From: an uncultured Bacteroides sp. | Lineage (GTDB): Bacteria > Bacteroidota > Bacteroidia > Bacteroidales > Paludibacteraceae | DNA: 64,000 bases | Reading direction: 5' to 3' | Assembly: GCA_964398075.1 (NCBI GenBank) | Contig: CAYNMA010000002.1 | Coordinates: 222-64,221 of the forward strand | Notes under the pieces: model-generated | Seen by the model: the letters and a program-made list of their open reading frames with translations, nothing else | Told to the model about the DNA's origin: nothing | Database searches by the model: none | Translations under genes and position numbers: made by a program | Part shown: positions 1 through 8,520 of the stretch, in pieces | Numbering within the stretch: position 1 is the stretch's first letter | Layout: each line of letters opens with the position of its first letter

Positions 1-120
1 GTAGTGGCTTCTTCTGTGACTGCGACGACGACAACGAATGCTACTACCTCTTCTGCGGTGACGCAGGATATATCGGCTGAGTTGAAAGAACTGCTCGGGG
101 ATATTCTGGGGGACTCTTAG
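1..120 (+). CDS. 3' end of an unidentified CDS entering from upstream (...VVASSVTATTTTNATTSSAVTQDISAELKELLGDILGDS*)
   Basis: Frame 1 is open from base 1 to TAG at 118-120. The tail is Thr/Ser-rich. Only 39 codons are visible, so the family cannot be recognised. Confidence 0.3.
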   Translation, partial: VVASSVTATTTTNATTSSAVTQDISAELKELLGDILGDS

Positions 121-125
121 GTAAT

Positions 126-151
126 TTGACAATTGACAATTGACAATTGCA
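126..151. repeat. TTGACAA heptamer repeated about 3.6 times, creating overlapping CAATTG palindromes
   Basis: ttgacaattgacaattgacaattgca read directly, 6 nt after the stop of the partial CDS. Confidence 0.9.
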
Positions 152-182
152 TAGTTGGGTCAATCGGGTTTTGCGACCCGAA

Positions 183-200
183 CGACACGGGGGCGTGTCG
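183..200. terminator. Perfect 7-bp hairpin CGACACG-GGGG-CGTGTCG between convergent gene ends
   Basis: The inverted repeat was read directly. It is preceded by a weaker GGGTC(157-161)/GACCC(175-179) hairpin. It sits between the + CDS end (120) and the - CDS end (250). There is no strong T-run. Confidence 0.4.
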
Positions 201-249
201 TCTCTATATTGCTTAGCGGCTTCCTCTTTTTGTTTTTGCAATTAGTTAG

Positions 250-501
250 TTAGTCGATAACGCCTTTATGGAGCTGTTCAACGGGAAATATTAGGTCCCA
301 ATTCTTTCCCCAAACGATATTGCCGTCTTCTAGTTTGAACTGACGGAACTTACGCTCATCAAGGTACTTGTTGTATTGTGGGTGAGGATAACGGCGAATA
401 AAGCTACCTATATCGATAACTTTTGTAGTATTATCGCTAAAAGTGAGCAGGACAGTTAGATTGCCTGCATCGCTAGCATTGGTGATGGTTAGTTTTTTCA
501 T
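250..501 (-). CDS. DUF2442 domain protein (83 aa)
   Basis: The ORF-track protein has the DUF2442-like pattern (..F.D....IDI......P......L.D...F..F......I.W..NWDL.P..L). Its start lies 1 nt after the stop of the upstream DUF4160 gene. Confidence 0.75.
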   Translation of the reverse strand: MKKLTITNASDAGNLTVLLTFSDNTTKVIDIGSFIRRYPHPQYNKYLDERKFRQFKLEDGNIVWGKNWDLIFPVEQLHKGVID

Positions 502-502
502 A

Positions 503-805
503 TTAAAGCTTGGTTTTGATATTGGTACTTCTAACTACTTGTTTTCGAACAAAGAAGTTAATCCATTTTTCGATAATGTTCTTATAATACTTTCGGATGA
601 ATGCTTCCGCTACTTTTTGGTCCTTTGAGGATAATGGATCTTCTCCTGCTTTCTCTCGAATACGAATCTCAGATAATTTTCCATCAAGCATAATTATTTC
701 GAATATACTATGACATCCTCCATGACTTACATGCACATGAATAGGTGTGTGTTCGTTAGAGTAGAAGAAGAATATAAACCCGAAGTATTGATAGATTTGT
801 GGCAT
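503..805 (-). CDS. DUF4160 domain protein (about 100 aa)
   Basis: MPQIYQYFGFIFFFYSNEHTPIHVHV matches the typical DUF4160 N-terminus (MP.I....G..I..Y..DH.PPH.H). The track ORF extends to 820, but the ATG at 803-805 fits the family start and the promoter box spacing better. Confidence 0.75.
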   Translation of the reverse strand: MPQIYQYFGFIFFFYSNEHTPIHVHVSHGGCHSIFEIIMLDGKLSEIRIREKAGEDPLSSKDQKVAEAFIRKYYKNIIEKWINFFVRKQVVRSTNIKTKL

Positions 806-830
806 AATTAGTTTGAGCATGATTTCGCTG

Positions 831-838
831 CAAAGATA
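831..838 (-). promoter_or_regulatory. Bacteroidetes -7 box TAtcTTTG for the DUF4160/DUF2442 pair
   Basis: The reverse complement of caaagata is TATCTTTG (TAnnTTTG consensus), about 25 nt upstream of the ATG at 805. Confidence 0.5.
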
Positions 839-985
839 GGATATATTTCAATATGTTGCAATTGTTCTCTTTATTTTCTTGGCAAGCGCACTAGGAAATA
901 CTAGTTTATCCTTTGTTTGTGTGTAACTCTTAATGACGATTCTATTCCAAACGGTAGCTCAATACTCACCACTCCATTTAGCATA

Positions 986-1132
986 TTACTTCTTTTTCTT
1001 TTCGCAGTTGTTGGAGAGGGGGCAGTTGGTGCAGGAGTTGCATTTGTTTGGCTTGCGGAATGCACGAAGTAGGAAGTAGCCTGCGGCGATGACGGCTACT
1101 CCTAAAACGATGTATGTCAGTACTTCTTGCAT
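986..1132 (-). CDS. FeoB-associated Cys-rich small membrane protein (48 aa), not in the ORF track
   Basis: My own translation of the minus strand gives MQEVLTYIVLGVAVIAAGYFLLRAFRKPNKCNSCTNCPLSNNCEKKKK*. This is one N-terminal TM helix followed by a C..C..C.....C tail and a basic end. It lies immediately downstream of feoB on the same strand. The architecture matches the small Cys-rich proteins commonly found after feoB. Confidence 0.7.
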   Translation of the reverse strand: MQEVLTYIVLGVAVIAAGYFLLRAFRKPNKCNSCTNCPLSNNCEKKKK

Positions 1133-1212
1133 CTCTTATGGGGGATTTGGTTACTGAGTTTGTATTCTTCTTGGTTCTCTTATGTGGGCTGAGGCTTGGC
1201 GATTCGTTATTC

Positions 1213-3618
1213 TTAGAACAGGGAGCCTATTTGGAATACGAGGAAACTGAGTAGCCATGCGATGCCGGTGGAGTATGCCATCGAGAAGAGCATCCACTTG
1301 GTGCTGGACTCTTTCTGTATGGTTGCCAAGGTGGATATACATGGGAAGTACAGTAAGATGAAGAGCATCAGAGAGAAGGCCGACAGGGGTGTGTAGAGGG
1401 GTTCGCCTGCGTCGTTGTGCAGACCGCGTAACTTCTCAGCCAATGGAATGACGCCAGCGTCGTTCTTCTCGGACACGTCCGTACCTTCTTCGACATCCTC
1501 TCCATAGAGCACTGCCATGGATGAGGCAATCACTTCTTTGGCTGCGCATCCTGCTACGAGACTGACTCCAGCACGCCACTCTAAGCCTAATGGACGGAAG
1601 ACGGGTTCGATCGCTTTGCCAGCCTTACCGAGATAGGACTGCTCCAACTGTTCTTTGTGCGATAGTTCGTTCTGGTGGCGTGGGAAGTACCCTAAGCCCC
1701 AGATGATGATCGATGCCAATAGGACAATCGTTACTACTCGTGAGAACCACTCTTTGGCTTTGTCCCAAGTGTGTATCATTGCGTTTCGGAAGGTGGGTAG
1801 TCGGTATGGCGGCAACTCCATGACAAAGGGATTGCTCTCTTCCTTGAAGGCTATCTTACTGAGTAGCAGTGAGGTGAGTATGGCAATCAAGAGACCTATG
1901 AGGTAGATGGAGAGTAGTACGAGCGCCTGATGGTGAGGGAAGAAGGCTGCTACTAAGATGATATACACCGGTAGGCGTGCGGAGCAGGAGACGAACGGAA
2001 CGGTCAAGATGGTCAGTAGTCGGTCCTTAGGGTTTTCCAATGTGCGGGATGCGAGAACGGCAGGAACGGAGCAGCCGAAGCCGATGATGTAGGGTATGAA
2101 CGACTTGCCGTGAACGCCCATACGGTGCATGAGTTTATCCATGATGAATGCCGCACGCGCCATATATCCTGTGTCTTCCAGTACGGAGATGAAGATGAAT
2201 AGTATCAGTATCTGTGGCACAAAGGCTAAGACTGCGCCTATGCCGGCTATCACACCATCCACCATGAGATCGGTGAAGATGCCTGGGGCAAAGGTGGTGC
2301 GCACCCAATTGGACAACCAGTCGATGCCTAACTCTATCCAATGCTGAGGGTATGCGCCTAATACGAATGTCGCTTCGAACATGAGGAACAAGAAGATGAA
2401 TAGGATAGGGAATCCGAGCCACTTGTTGGTCAAGACCTTGTCGAGTGCATAGCCAAGGCTCTGTTTCTCTTCTCGTTTGTTATGCACCAAGGTCTCGCTT
2501 AGGGCACCACGAATAAAGCCGAACTTGAGGTCTGATATATAGGATGATATCTCTTCGCCGGACTCTTTCTCGAACTGTTCACGATAGCGTTTTGCCGTTT
2601 CTAAGATGGCATTACCATTGGGCAGTTTCTTGAACTGTTCGGTTGTAGTGCGGTCGTTCTCAATGAGTTTCAGGGCTACATATCGGCAGTGGTACAGTTC
2701 TTTGACGGAATCGTCTTGGTTGATCAATTGTTTGATGTCGGCAATGGCGGCTTCGACTTGTGTGCCGTAGTTGATATGAATATGCTTCTGCACTTTCGAC
2801 TTGCCCTCGTAGACTTGTACGATAGCCTCCAGCACATTCTCTATGCCCCAGCCAGTGCGGGCAATGACGGGCACAATAGGAAAGCCCAACATCTTTTCGA
2901 GTGACTCATAATCGAGCTGGTCGCCAGTCTTCTGCAACTCATCGTACATGTTTAACGCCATCACCATGGGGTGGTTTCTATCGATAAGTTGCGTTGTCAA
3001 GAAGAGATTACGCTCGAGGTTGCCTGCATTGACGATGTTAAGCACGAGGTCTAATGGCTGGTTGTCGAGGAAATCGCGTACGTATAACTCTTCGGGCGAG
3101 TACTCTGTGAGCGAGTATGTGCCAGGTAGGTCTACCAAGTTGATGGTATATCCTCGATGGTGGAAAGTGCCTACTTTCGAGTCAACGGTTACACCGCTGT
3201 AGTTTCCCACTTTCTCGCGCATGCCTGTGGCGTAGTTAAAGAAACTGGTCTTTCCGCAGTTGGGATTGCCTACGAGTGCCACGGTGATGTTCTTCGACAG
3301 CGCCTCTACTTCGGCACGCACATGCTCTTCTATTGTACCATAGAAGTCGTTATCGGGATGGGCTTCTTCTGCCAACGAGACTACATCGATATTGCGAGCC
3401 TCAGCGCGACGGAGACTGACATGAGTGCCCATTATCTCATACTCCACAGGGTCGAGTAAAGGTGCGTTTTTGATGACCCGAACGACCTCGCCTTTCACGA
3501 ATCCTAACTCCAATATACGATGCCTAAAACCTCCATGCCCATGTACTTTTAATATCATTCCACGTTCATTGGTTTTTAGGTCTGCCAATGTAAGAGACTT
3601 TTCCTCCATGATAATCAT
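1213..3618 (-). CDS. feoB: Ferrous iron transporter, FeoA-FeoB fusion
   Basis: N-terminal FeoA-like segment (residues about 10-80), G1 motif GNPNCGKT, then a polytopic permease. 801 aa. Confidence 0.95.
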   Translation of the reverse strand: MIIMEEKSLTLADLKTNERGMILKVHGHGGFRHRILELGFVKGEVVRVIKNAPLLDPVEYEIMGTHVSLRRAEARNIDVVSLAEEAHPDNDFYGTIEEHVRAEVEALSKNITVALVGNPNCGKTSFFNYATGMREKVGNYSGVTVDSKVGTFHHRGYTINLVDLPGTYSLTEYSPEELYVRDFLDNQPLDLVLNIVNAGNLERNLFLTTQLIDRNHPMVMALNMYDELQKTGDQLDYESLEKMLGFPIVPVIARTGWGIENVLEAIVQVYEGKSKVQKHIHINYGTQVEAAIADIKQLINQDDSVKELYHCRYVALKLIENDRTTTEQFKKLPNGNAILETAKRYREQFEKESGEEISSYISDLKFGFIRGALSETLVHNKREEKQSLGYALDKVLTNKWLGFPILFIFLFLMFEATFVLGAYPQHWIELGIDWLSNWVRTTFAPGIFTDLMVDGVIAGIGAVLAFVPQILILFIFISVLEDTGYMARAAFIMDKLMHRMGVHGKSFIPYIIGFGCSVPAVLASRTLENPKDRLLTILTVPFVSCSARLPVYIILVAAFFPHHQALVLLSIYLIGLLIAILTSLLLSKIAFKEESNPFVMELPPYRLPTFRNAMIHTWDKAKEWFSRVVTIVLLASIIIWGLGYFPRHQNELSHKEQLEQSYLGKAGKAIEPVFRPLGLEWRAGVSLVAGCAAKEVIASSMAVLYGEDVEEGTDVSEKNDAGVIPLAEKLRGLHNDAGEPLYTPLSAFSLMLFILLYFPCISTLATIQKESSTKWMLFSMAYSTGIAWLLSFLVFQIGSLF

Positions 3619-3632
3619 TATTTTTCAGGTTG

Positions 3633-3640
3633 CAAAGGTA
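3633..3640 (-). promoter_or_regulatory. -7 box TAccTTTG upstream of feoAB
   Basis: The reverse complement of caaaggta. It is only about 15 nt from the first ATG, so the leader would be very short (or the start is the Met at 3609). Confidence 0.4.
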
Positions 3641-3770
3641 CGGAGTATTAGGTTGTGTTCCTATCGCCAAAAATGGGGATTTATTGATCTATCTCCTGCT
3701 CGCACTTCGTGCTCACGAAAAAAAAGTTGCTGGGTCGTTTTTGCCTTGCCGCTGCGATGGTTTCTTTTTC

Positions 3771-3871
3771 CTTGCCACTGCGTGGCAGAGAAATAAAGAG
3801 AAAGACTTGCACTGCGTGCAAGAGAAATAAAAAGACCACACTGCGTGCTAAAGGATAGCGGATTGGTGTGG
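3771..3871 (-). terminator. Three tandem terminator-like hairpin modules after the pectate lyase gene
   Basis: CCACAC(3836-3841)/GTGTGG(3866-3871), CTTGCAC-TGC-GTGCAAG (3806-3822) and GCCAC-TGC-GTGGC (3774-3786). In the minus sense the first two are each followed by a U-rich run. The flanks repeat (agagaaataaagag / agagaaataaaaag). Confidence 0.55.
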
Positions 3872-3873
3872 TA

Positions 3874-5568
3874 TTAGAAGCCTAAGACATTGACGACCTT
3901 GTTGCCGTAGTAGATATAGAGCATGCCGTCGATCATTCGCTTCTGCGGTTGGATGGATTTGTCCTCGCATGCCTCTACGGCGGTGCAAGGTTTAGGCTCA
4001 ATGCTATTGAGGTAGATCTCTAAGTTAGAGTAGCCGCTCTCGGTGATGAGGCATCCGTCGTTGGGGTTCGTTGCATCTAAGCCGTGTGCTGTCTCCCACT
4101 CGTCGGGTATACCATCGGCATCGCTGTCGATGTATAGCGTTCCTTGCAGAGTAGGCCATCCGCCAACCACTTGTGGGTCGTCGATGATACCATTGCCAAT
4201 TGTGCCTGTGCCAGAGGCAGTGGCATTGATCGTCTCATTGATGATGCGCCTATCTTGCCAGTCTTGCTGAGGTGCGTTGGCACCTACATCCTCCAAGACT
4301 CGAGCATAGGCCTCTTCGGCTGTCTCGATGGTATCGAGTAGCACATCTATCTCAGGTGACATCGTCGTAGAACGGAAGAGGGCTTTCGCTACTGCCGTAT
4401 CTGAATAGGCGGAGTATTGCACACCGCAGTACCAGTTATCGGCAGTGATAGCAGGATAGTGCGACATATAGTTGCCTTCGATAAAATGGTGCGAGGTATC
4501 GCCTTCCTCCACACTTGCTGTACTCTGGTCGATACGCACCAAGCGGTGTACTTTGTTCGAGATTGTAATAGCACTCTTGGTATTGCCGGAGGCTGGTCCG
4601 TGTTTGTAGTAGTTGTTGAACATGTTCAACTCGTTACGCACATTGGGTACTTGGATTTTTATCTCTAATCCATAGCCGGAGTTTTCTGTTCCCCAATTGT
4701 ATACCACATTATTTCGGTATTCGATGACTGCCAGAGTATCGTGTGCTCGTGCTCCATTGAAGCGAATATTACGGCTGTTGTTGTGTGCCACGAGGTTATG
4801 ATGATAGGTGGCAAACTGTCCTCCCCATACGCCACAGTAGGAGCGAACGCCTTTCTTATGATTGGTACGATACAGTCCTTCTGCCACAAGGCACCACTGT
4901 ACGGTGGTGTACTTATTGTCGTAGATAGCCAGACACTCTTCGTTAGCCCATGTCATGGTGCAGTGGTCGAGGATGACATGTTCGTAGTTCTCTACATCGG
5001 TGCCATAGGTGACATAACTATTGTCGGTAGGGATAGTCGGTCGAAAGCGCAGGTAACGCACAATGACATGTTTTCGTCGTGGTCCCCAATACCACATCTC
5101 GCCGCCTGTTGCGCCATTGAACAGCATGCTATGTCCGGTGATACATACTCCATCGCCTGGTGCTGACTGACCGGCAATCGTTAGGTAGTCACGCTTTACT
5201 TTTAGGTCTTCGAGTAGGGTGATGTTTCCTGCTACATTGAATACGACGGTCAAGGGTTCGTATACCGTCACTTGAGCCTCTACGATAGAGTCGGTTCCGG
5301 TAGTGCTAACCAGATGTCGTTGCTTGGTTTCGGTGTGCTTATACTGCTCTAACGCCCAACGGAGCGTGCCCTCGATTGGCGTCTCTTCTGAGGTGTAGTC
5401 AGCCAAAGAGGTGACTGTCACCACTTTTCCGCCACGCCCACCGATGGCGTACTTACCAAATCCTTCGGCAGAAGGGAAGGCGAGTGTCTGCTCTTCGGCG
5501 TAGGCAGATAGACCAAGCGTGAGCGCTGCGGCACAGAGTAGAACTCTATTCAGGATGCGTGTTACCAA
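3874..5568 (-). CDS. Secreted pectate lyase, PL1-like, with Asp-rich Ca-binding-type C-terminal repeats
   Basis: Signal peptide, then AFPSAEGFGKYAIGGRGGKVVTVTSL, TIAGQSAPGDG, RYLRFRP, ILDHCTMTWANEE, GVWGGQFATYHHNLVAHNNSRNIRFNG and DSDADGIPDEWE. This is the pattern of Bacteroidetes PL1 pectate lyases. Confidence 0.8.
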   Translation of the reverse strand: MVTRILNRVLLCAAALTLGLSAYAEEQTLAFPSAEGFGKYAIGGRGGKVVTVTSLADYTSEETPIEGTLRWALEQYKHTETKQRHLVSTTGTDSIVEAQVTVYEPLTVVFNVAGNITLLEDLKVKRDYLTIAGQSAPGDGVCITGHSMLFNGATGGEMWYWGPRRKHVIVRYLRFRPTIPTDNSYVTYGTDVENYEHVILDHCTMTWANEECLAIYDNKYTTVQWCLVAEGLYRTNHKKGVRSYCGVWGGQFATYHHNLVAHNNSRNIRFNGARAHDTLAVIEYRNNVVYNWGTENSGYGLEIKIQVPNVRNELNMFNNYYKHGPASGNTKSAITISNKVHRLVRIDQSTASVEEGDTSHHFIEGNYMSHYPAITADNWYCGVQYSAYSDTAVAKALFRSTTMSPEIDVLLDTIETAEEAYARVLEDVGANAPQQDWQDRRIINETINATASGTGTIGNGIIDDPQVVGGWPTLQGTLYIDSDADGIPDEWETAHGLDATNPNDGCLITESGYSNLEIYLNSIEPKPCTAVEACEDKSIQPQKRMIDGMLYIYYGNKVVNVLGF

Positions 5569-7163
5569 ACCTCTTGCGTGTTATTGTTAGGATTCTTGGG
5601 GTAATCGATGGTGTAATGCAGACCTCGGCTCTCTTTGCGCTCTAAGGCTTGACGGGTGATGAGGTAGCCTACATTGATCATGTTACGCAACTCGCATATA
5701 TCTTTGGTAGGACGAACACGCTTGAAGAGGTCTTCTGTCTCTTCGTAAAGCAGGTCCAGACGCTCCCATGCACGGTGGAGACGGAGGTCGCTGCGCACGA
5801 TACCCACATAGGTACTCATTATCTGCCCAACCTCTTTCACATCTTGATTGATAAGCACTTGCTCTTCGTTGGTCATGGTGCCTTCATCATTCCATTCGGG
5901 TACGCGCTCGTTGAAGTCGTAGGTATCGATGACTGACATAGCGTGACGAGCAGCTGCATCTGCGTATACCACTGCCTCAATGAGGGAGTTGCTTGCCAGA
6001 CGGTTACCGCCATGCAGACCGGTGCAAGAGCACTCGCCTACGGCATACAAGCGGTTGATAGACGACTGCGCATCGAGATTGACTTTGATACCTCCGCACA
6101 TATAGTGGGCACATGGTGCAACAGGGATATATTGCTTCGTGATATCGATACCGATGCTCAAGCACTTGGCATAGATATTTGGGAAGTGGTGTTTCGTTTC
6201 CTCAGGGTCTTTATGAGTGACATCGAGGCATACATGGTCTAAGGCATGAATCTTCATCTCGTTATCAATGGCCCGAGCCACAATATCACGAGGCGCAAGT
6301 GATAGGCGTTCATCGTATTTCTGCATGAACTCTTCGCCATTAGGGAGTCGCAATATACCTCCGTAGCCACGCATAGCCTCTGTGATCAAGTAGGCAGGGT
6401 GGGTCTCTCCTGGGTGGAAGAGAGCCGTTGGGTGGAACTGAACGAACTCCATATCTTTCACTTGTCCTTTGGCACGATAGACCATGGCTATACCATCGCC
6501 GGTGGCAATGTTTGGATTGGTGGTTGTGGCATAGACGGCGCCTGTGCCTCCGGTAGCCATTAAGGTGATCTTGCTCAAGTATGTATCAATCTTGCCTGTT
6601 TCTGGATTGAGTATATATGCACCGTAACACTCAATATCGGGTGTGCGGCGTGTGACCCGTACGCCAAGATGGTGCTGCGTGATGATCTCTACGGCGAAGT
6701 GGTTCTCGAGCACTTCGATATCTGGATGTTGCCGCACGGCTTCCATGAGTCCACGCTGTATCTCGGCTCCTGTGTCGTCTGCGTGGTGGAGAATACGGAA
6801 CTCGCTGTGTCCACCCTCGCGGTGAAGGTCGAAACTGCCGTCCTGTTTCTTATCGAAGTTGACACCCCAATTGATTAACTCTGCAATCTGCTGAGGCGCA
6901 TTGCGTACTACTTGCTCTACGGCAGCAGGGTCGCTTATCCAGTCTCCTGCAACCATTGTATCGTGAATATGCTTTTCGAAGTCATCTACCAACAGGTTGG
7001 TCACTGAGGCAATACCGCCTTGTGCCTTGGCTGTATTGGCCTCGTCTAAGGTCGTCTTGCAGCATAAAGCAATCTTATACTTACCTGCTTTCGCCATCTT
7101 CAGTGCGAAACTCATACCGGCTACACCACCGCCGATGATGAGTACATCATAACGCTTTGTCAT
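5562..7163 (-). CDS. nadB: L-aspartate oxidase
   Basis: FAD motif DVLIIGGGVAGM and full-length resemblance to NadB, including the C-terminal ESRGLHYT. Confidence 0.93.
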   Translation of the reverse strand: MTKRYDVLIIGGGVAGMSFALKMAKAGKYKIALCCKTTLDEANTAKAQGGIASVTNLLVDDFEKHIHDTMVAGDWISDPAAVEQVVRNAPQQIAELINWGVNFDKKQDGSFDLHREGGHSEFRILHHADDTGAEIQRGLMEAVRQHPDIEVLENHFAVEIITQHHLGVRVTRRTPDIECYGAYILNPETGKIDTYLSKITLMATGGTGAVYATTTNPNIATGDGIAMVYRAKGQVKDMEFVQFHPTALFHPGETHPAYLITEAMRGYGGILRLPNGEEFMQKYDERLSLAPRDIVARAIDNEMKIHALDHVCLDVTHKDPEETKHHFPNIYAKCLSIGIDITKQYIPVAPCAHYMCGGIKVNLDAQSSINRLYAVGECSCTGLHGGNRLASNSLIEAVVYADAAARHAMSVIDTYDFNERVPEWNDEGTMTNEEQVLINQDVKEVGQIMSTYVGIVRSDLRLHRAWERLDLLYEETEDLFKRVRPTKDICELRNMINVGYLITRQALERKESRGLHYTIDYPKNPNNNTQEVW

Positions 7164-7229
7164 TATGTTTATCTTTTGTTATACACATACGTGGGGTCGC
7201 CCTTTTATTCCGACGACCATAACACGCTG

Positions 7230-7237
7230 CAAAGTTA
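7230..7237 (-). promoter_or_regulatory. -7 box TAacTTTG upstream of nadB
   Basis: The reverse complement of caaagtta, about 67 nt upstream of the nadB ATG. Confidence 0.5.
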
Positions 7238-7355
7238 CAACTATTATCTTAAATTTAACCACCCTCGCTACATTTTCTCGTAATTCACCTTATGGATAAC
7301 CCTTTGTAACGTGAGGCGGAGATACACACCTATTGCACGCATCAATATTATTCCG

Positions 7356-7363
7356 TAACTTTG
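7356..7363 (+). promoter_or_regulatory. -7 box TAacTTTG upstream of fba
   Basis: taactttg on the + strand, about 75 nt before the fba ATG. Confidence 0.5.
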
Positions 7364-7438
7364 CCGCGCATTACTGAGCATGCATTGGATGCGGCAATAA
7401 TGTGTTGAGTTACAAACATAACAACAATATATAATACT

Positions 7439-8440
7439 ATGGTAAGTTACAAAGAATTAGGTCTTGTGAACACCCGTGATATGTTCGCAAAGGCAATCAA
7501 AGGCGGATATGCTATTCCCGCTTTCAATTTCAACAACATGGAGCAACTCCAGGCTATCGTTAAGGCATCGGCTGAGACAAAGAGTCCTGTTATTCTCCAA
7601 GTGTCTAAAGGCGCCCGCAACTACGCTAACCAAACGCTTCTCCGCTACATGGCACAAGGTGCTGTTGAGTATGCAAAAGAGTTAGGTTGGGAGCACCCAC
7701 AGATTGTGCTTCACCTCGACCACGGTGATAGTTTCGAACTCTGCAAGAGTTGCGTAGATTTTGGTTTCTCAAGTGTTATGATTGACGGTTCTGCTCTGCC
7801 TTATGAGGAGAATATCGCTCTGACTAAGAAAGTGGTTGAGTATGCTCATCAGTACGATGTTACAGTTGAGGCTGAACTTGGCGTACTGGCTGGCGTAGAG
7901 GACGAAGTAGCCGCCGAAGAGAGTCACTACACCAAACCTGAAGAGGTCATTGACTTTGCTACCCGCACAGGTTGCGACTCGCTTGCTATCTCGATTGGTA
8001 CAAGTCACGGTGCCTATAAGTTCAAACCAGAGCAATGCAAGGTTGACCCTAAGACCGGTCGTCTTGTACCTCCTCCATTGGCATTTGATGTACTCGATGC
8101 AGTGATGGAGAAACTTCCTGGTTTCCCAATTGTACTTCACGGTTCATCTTCTGTACCACAAGAGTATGTTGATATGATCAACCAATATGGTGGTAAGCTT
8201 GAGGCTGCTGTCGGTATCCCTGAGGAGCAACTCCGTAAGGCTGCGAAGAGTGCAGTATGCAAGATCAATATCGACTCGGATAGCCGTCTTGCTTTCACCG
8301 CTGCCGTTCGTAAGGTGTTCTGGGAGAAGCCCGCAGAGTTTGACCCACGTAAATACTGCGGTCCTGCTCGTGATCTCATGGAGCAACTCTACAAGCACAA
8401 GATCATCAATGTGCTTGGTTCTGACGGTAAAGCAGAGTAA
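7439..8440 (+). CDS. fba: Class II fructose-bisphosphate aldolase
   Basis: AIPAFNFNN, HLDHG and SHGAYKF motifs. 333 aa. Confidence 0.95.
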   Translation: MVSYKELGLVNTRDMFAKAIKGGYAIPAFNFNNMEQLQAIVKASAETKSPVILQVSKGARNYANQTLLRYMAQGAVEYAKELGWEHPQIVLHLDHGDSFELCKSCVDFGFSSVMIDGSALPYEENIALTKKVVEYAHQYDVTVEAELGVLAGVEDEVAAEESHYTKPEEVIDFATRTGCDSLAISIGTSHGAYKFKPEQCKVDPKTGRLVPPPLAFDVLDAVMEKLPGFPIVLHGSSSVPQEYVDMINQYGGKLEAAVGIPEEQLRKAAKSAVCKINIDSDSRLAFTAAVRKVFWEKPAEFDPRKYCGPARDLMEQLYKHKIINVLGSDGKAE

Positions 8441-8462
8441 TCGTTTAAGAAACATCAATACC

Positions 8463-8505
8463 CAAGAGGCTGTCTACTATTGTTAGGCGGCCTCTTGTGT
8501 TTTTA
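8463..8505 (+). terminator. Intrinsic terminator of fba
   Basis: CAAGAGGC (8463-8470) pairs with GCCTCTTG (8490-8497), followed by tgtttttatt. Confidence 0.7.
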
Positions 8506-8520
8506 TTGCCGTTCATAACA

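Noticed and set aside
3425-3830. ORFs 3425-3796 and 3630-3830 on the plus strand
   Set aside because: They cover the feoAB 5' end, its promoter and the repeated terminator hairpins. The translations are low-complexity and the strand context is implausible.
3874-4050. T9SS C-terminal sorting domain on the pectate lyase
   Set aside because: The last 50 or so residues (…KRMIDGMLYIYYGNKVVNVLGF) are too short and lack the usual CTD motifs seen in the PorZ-like protein. This is not claimed.
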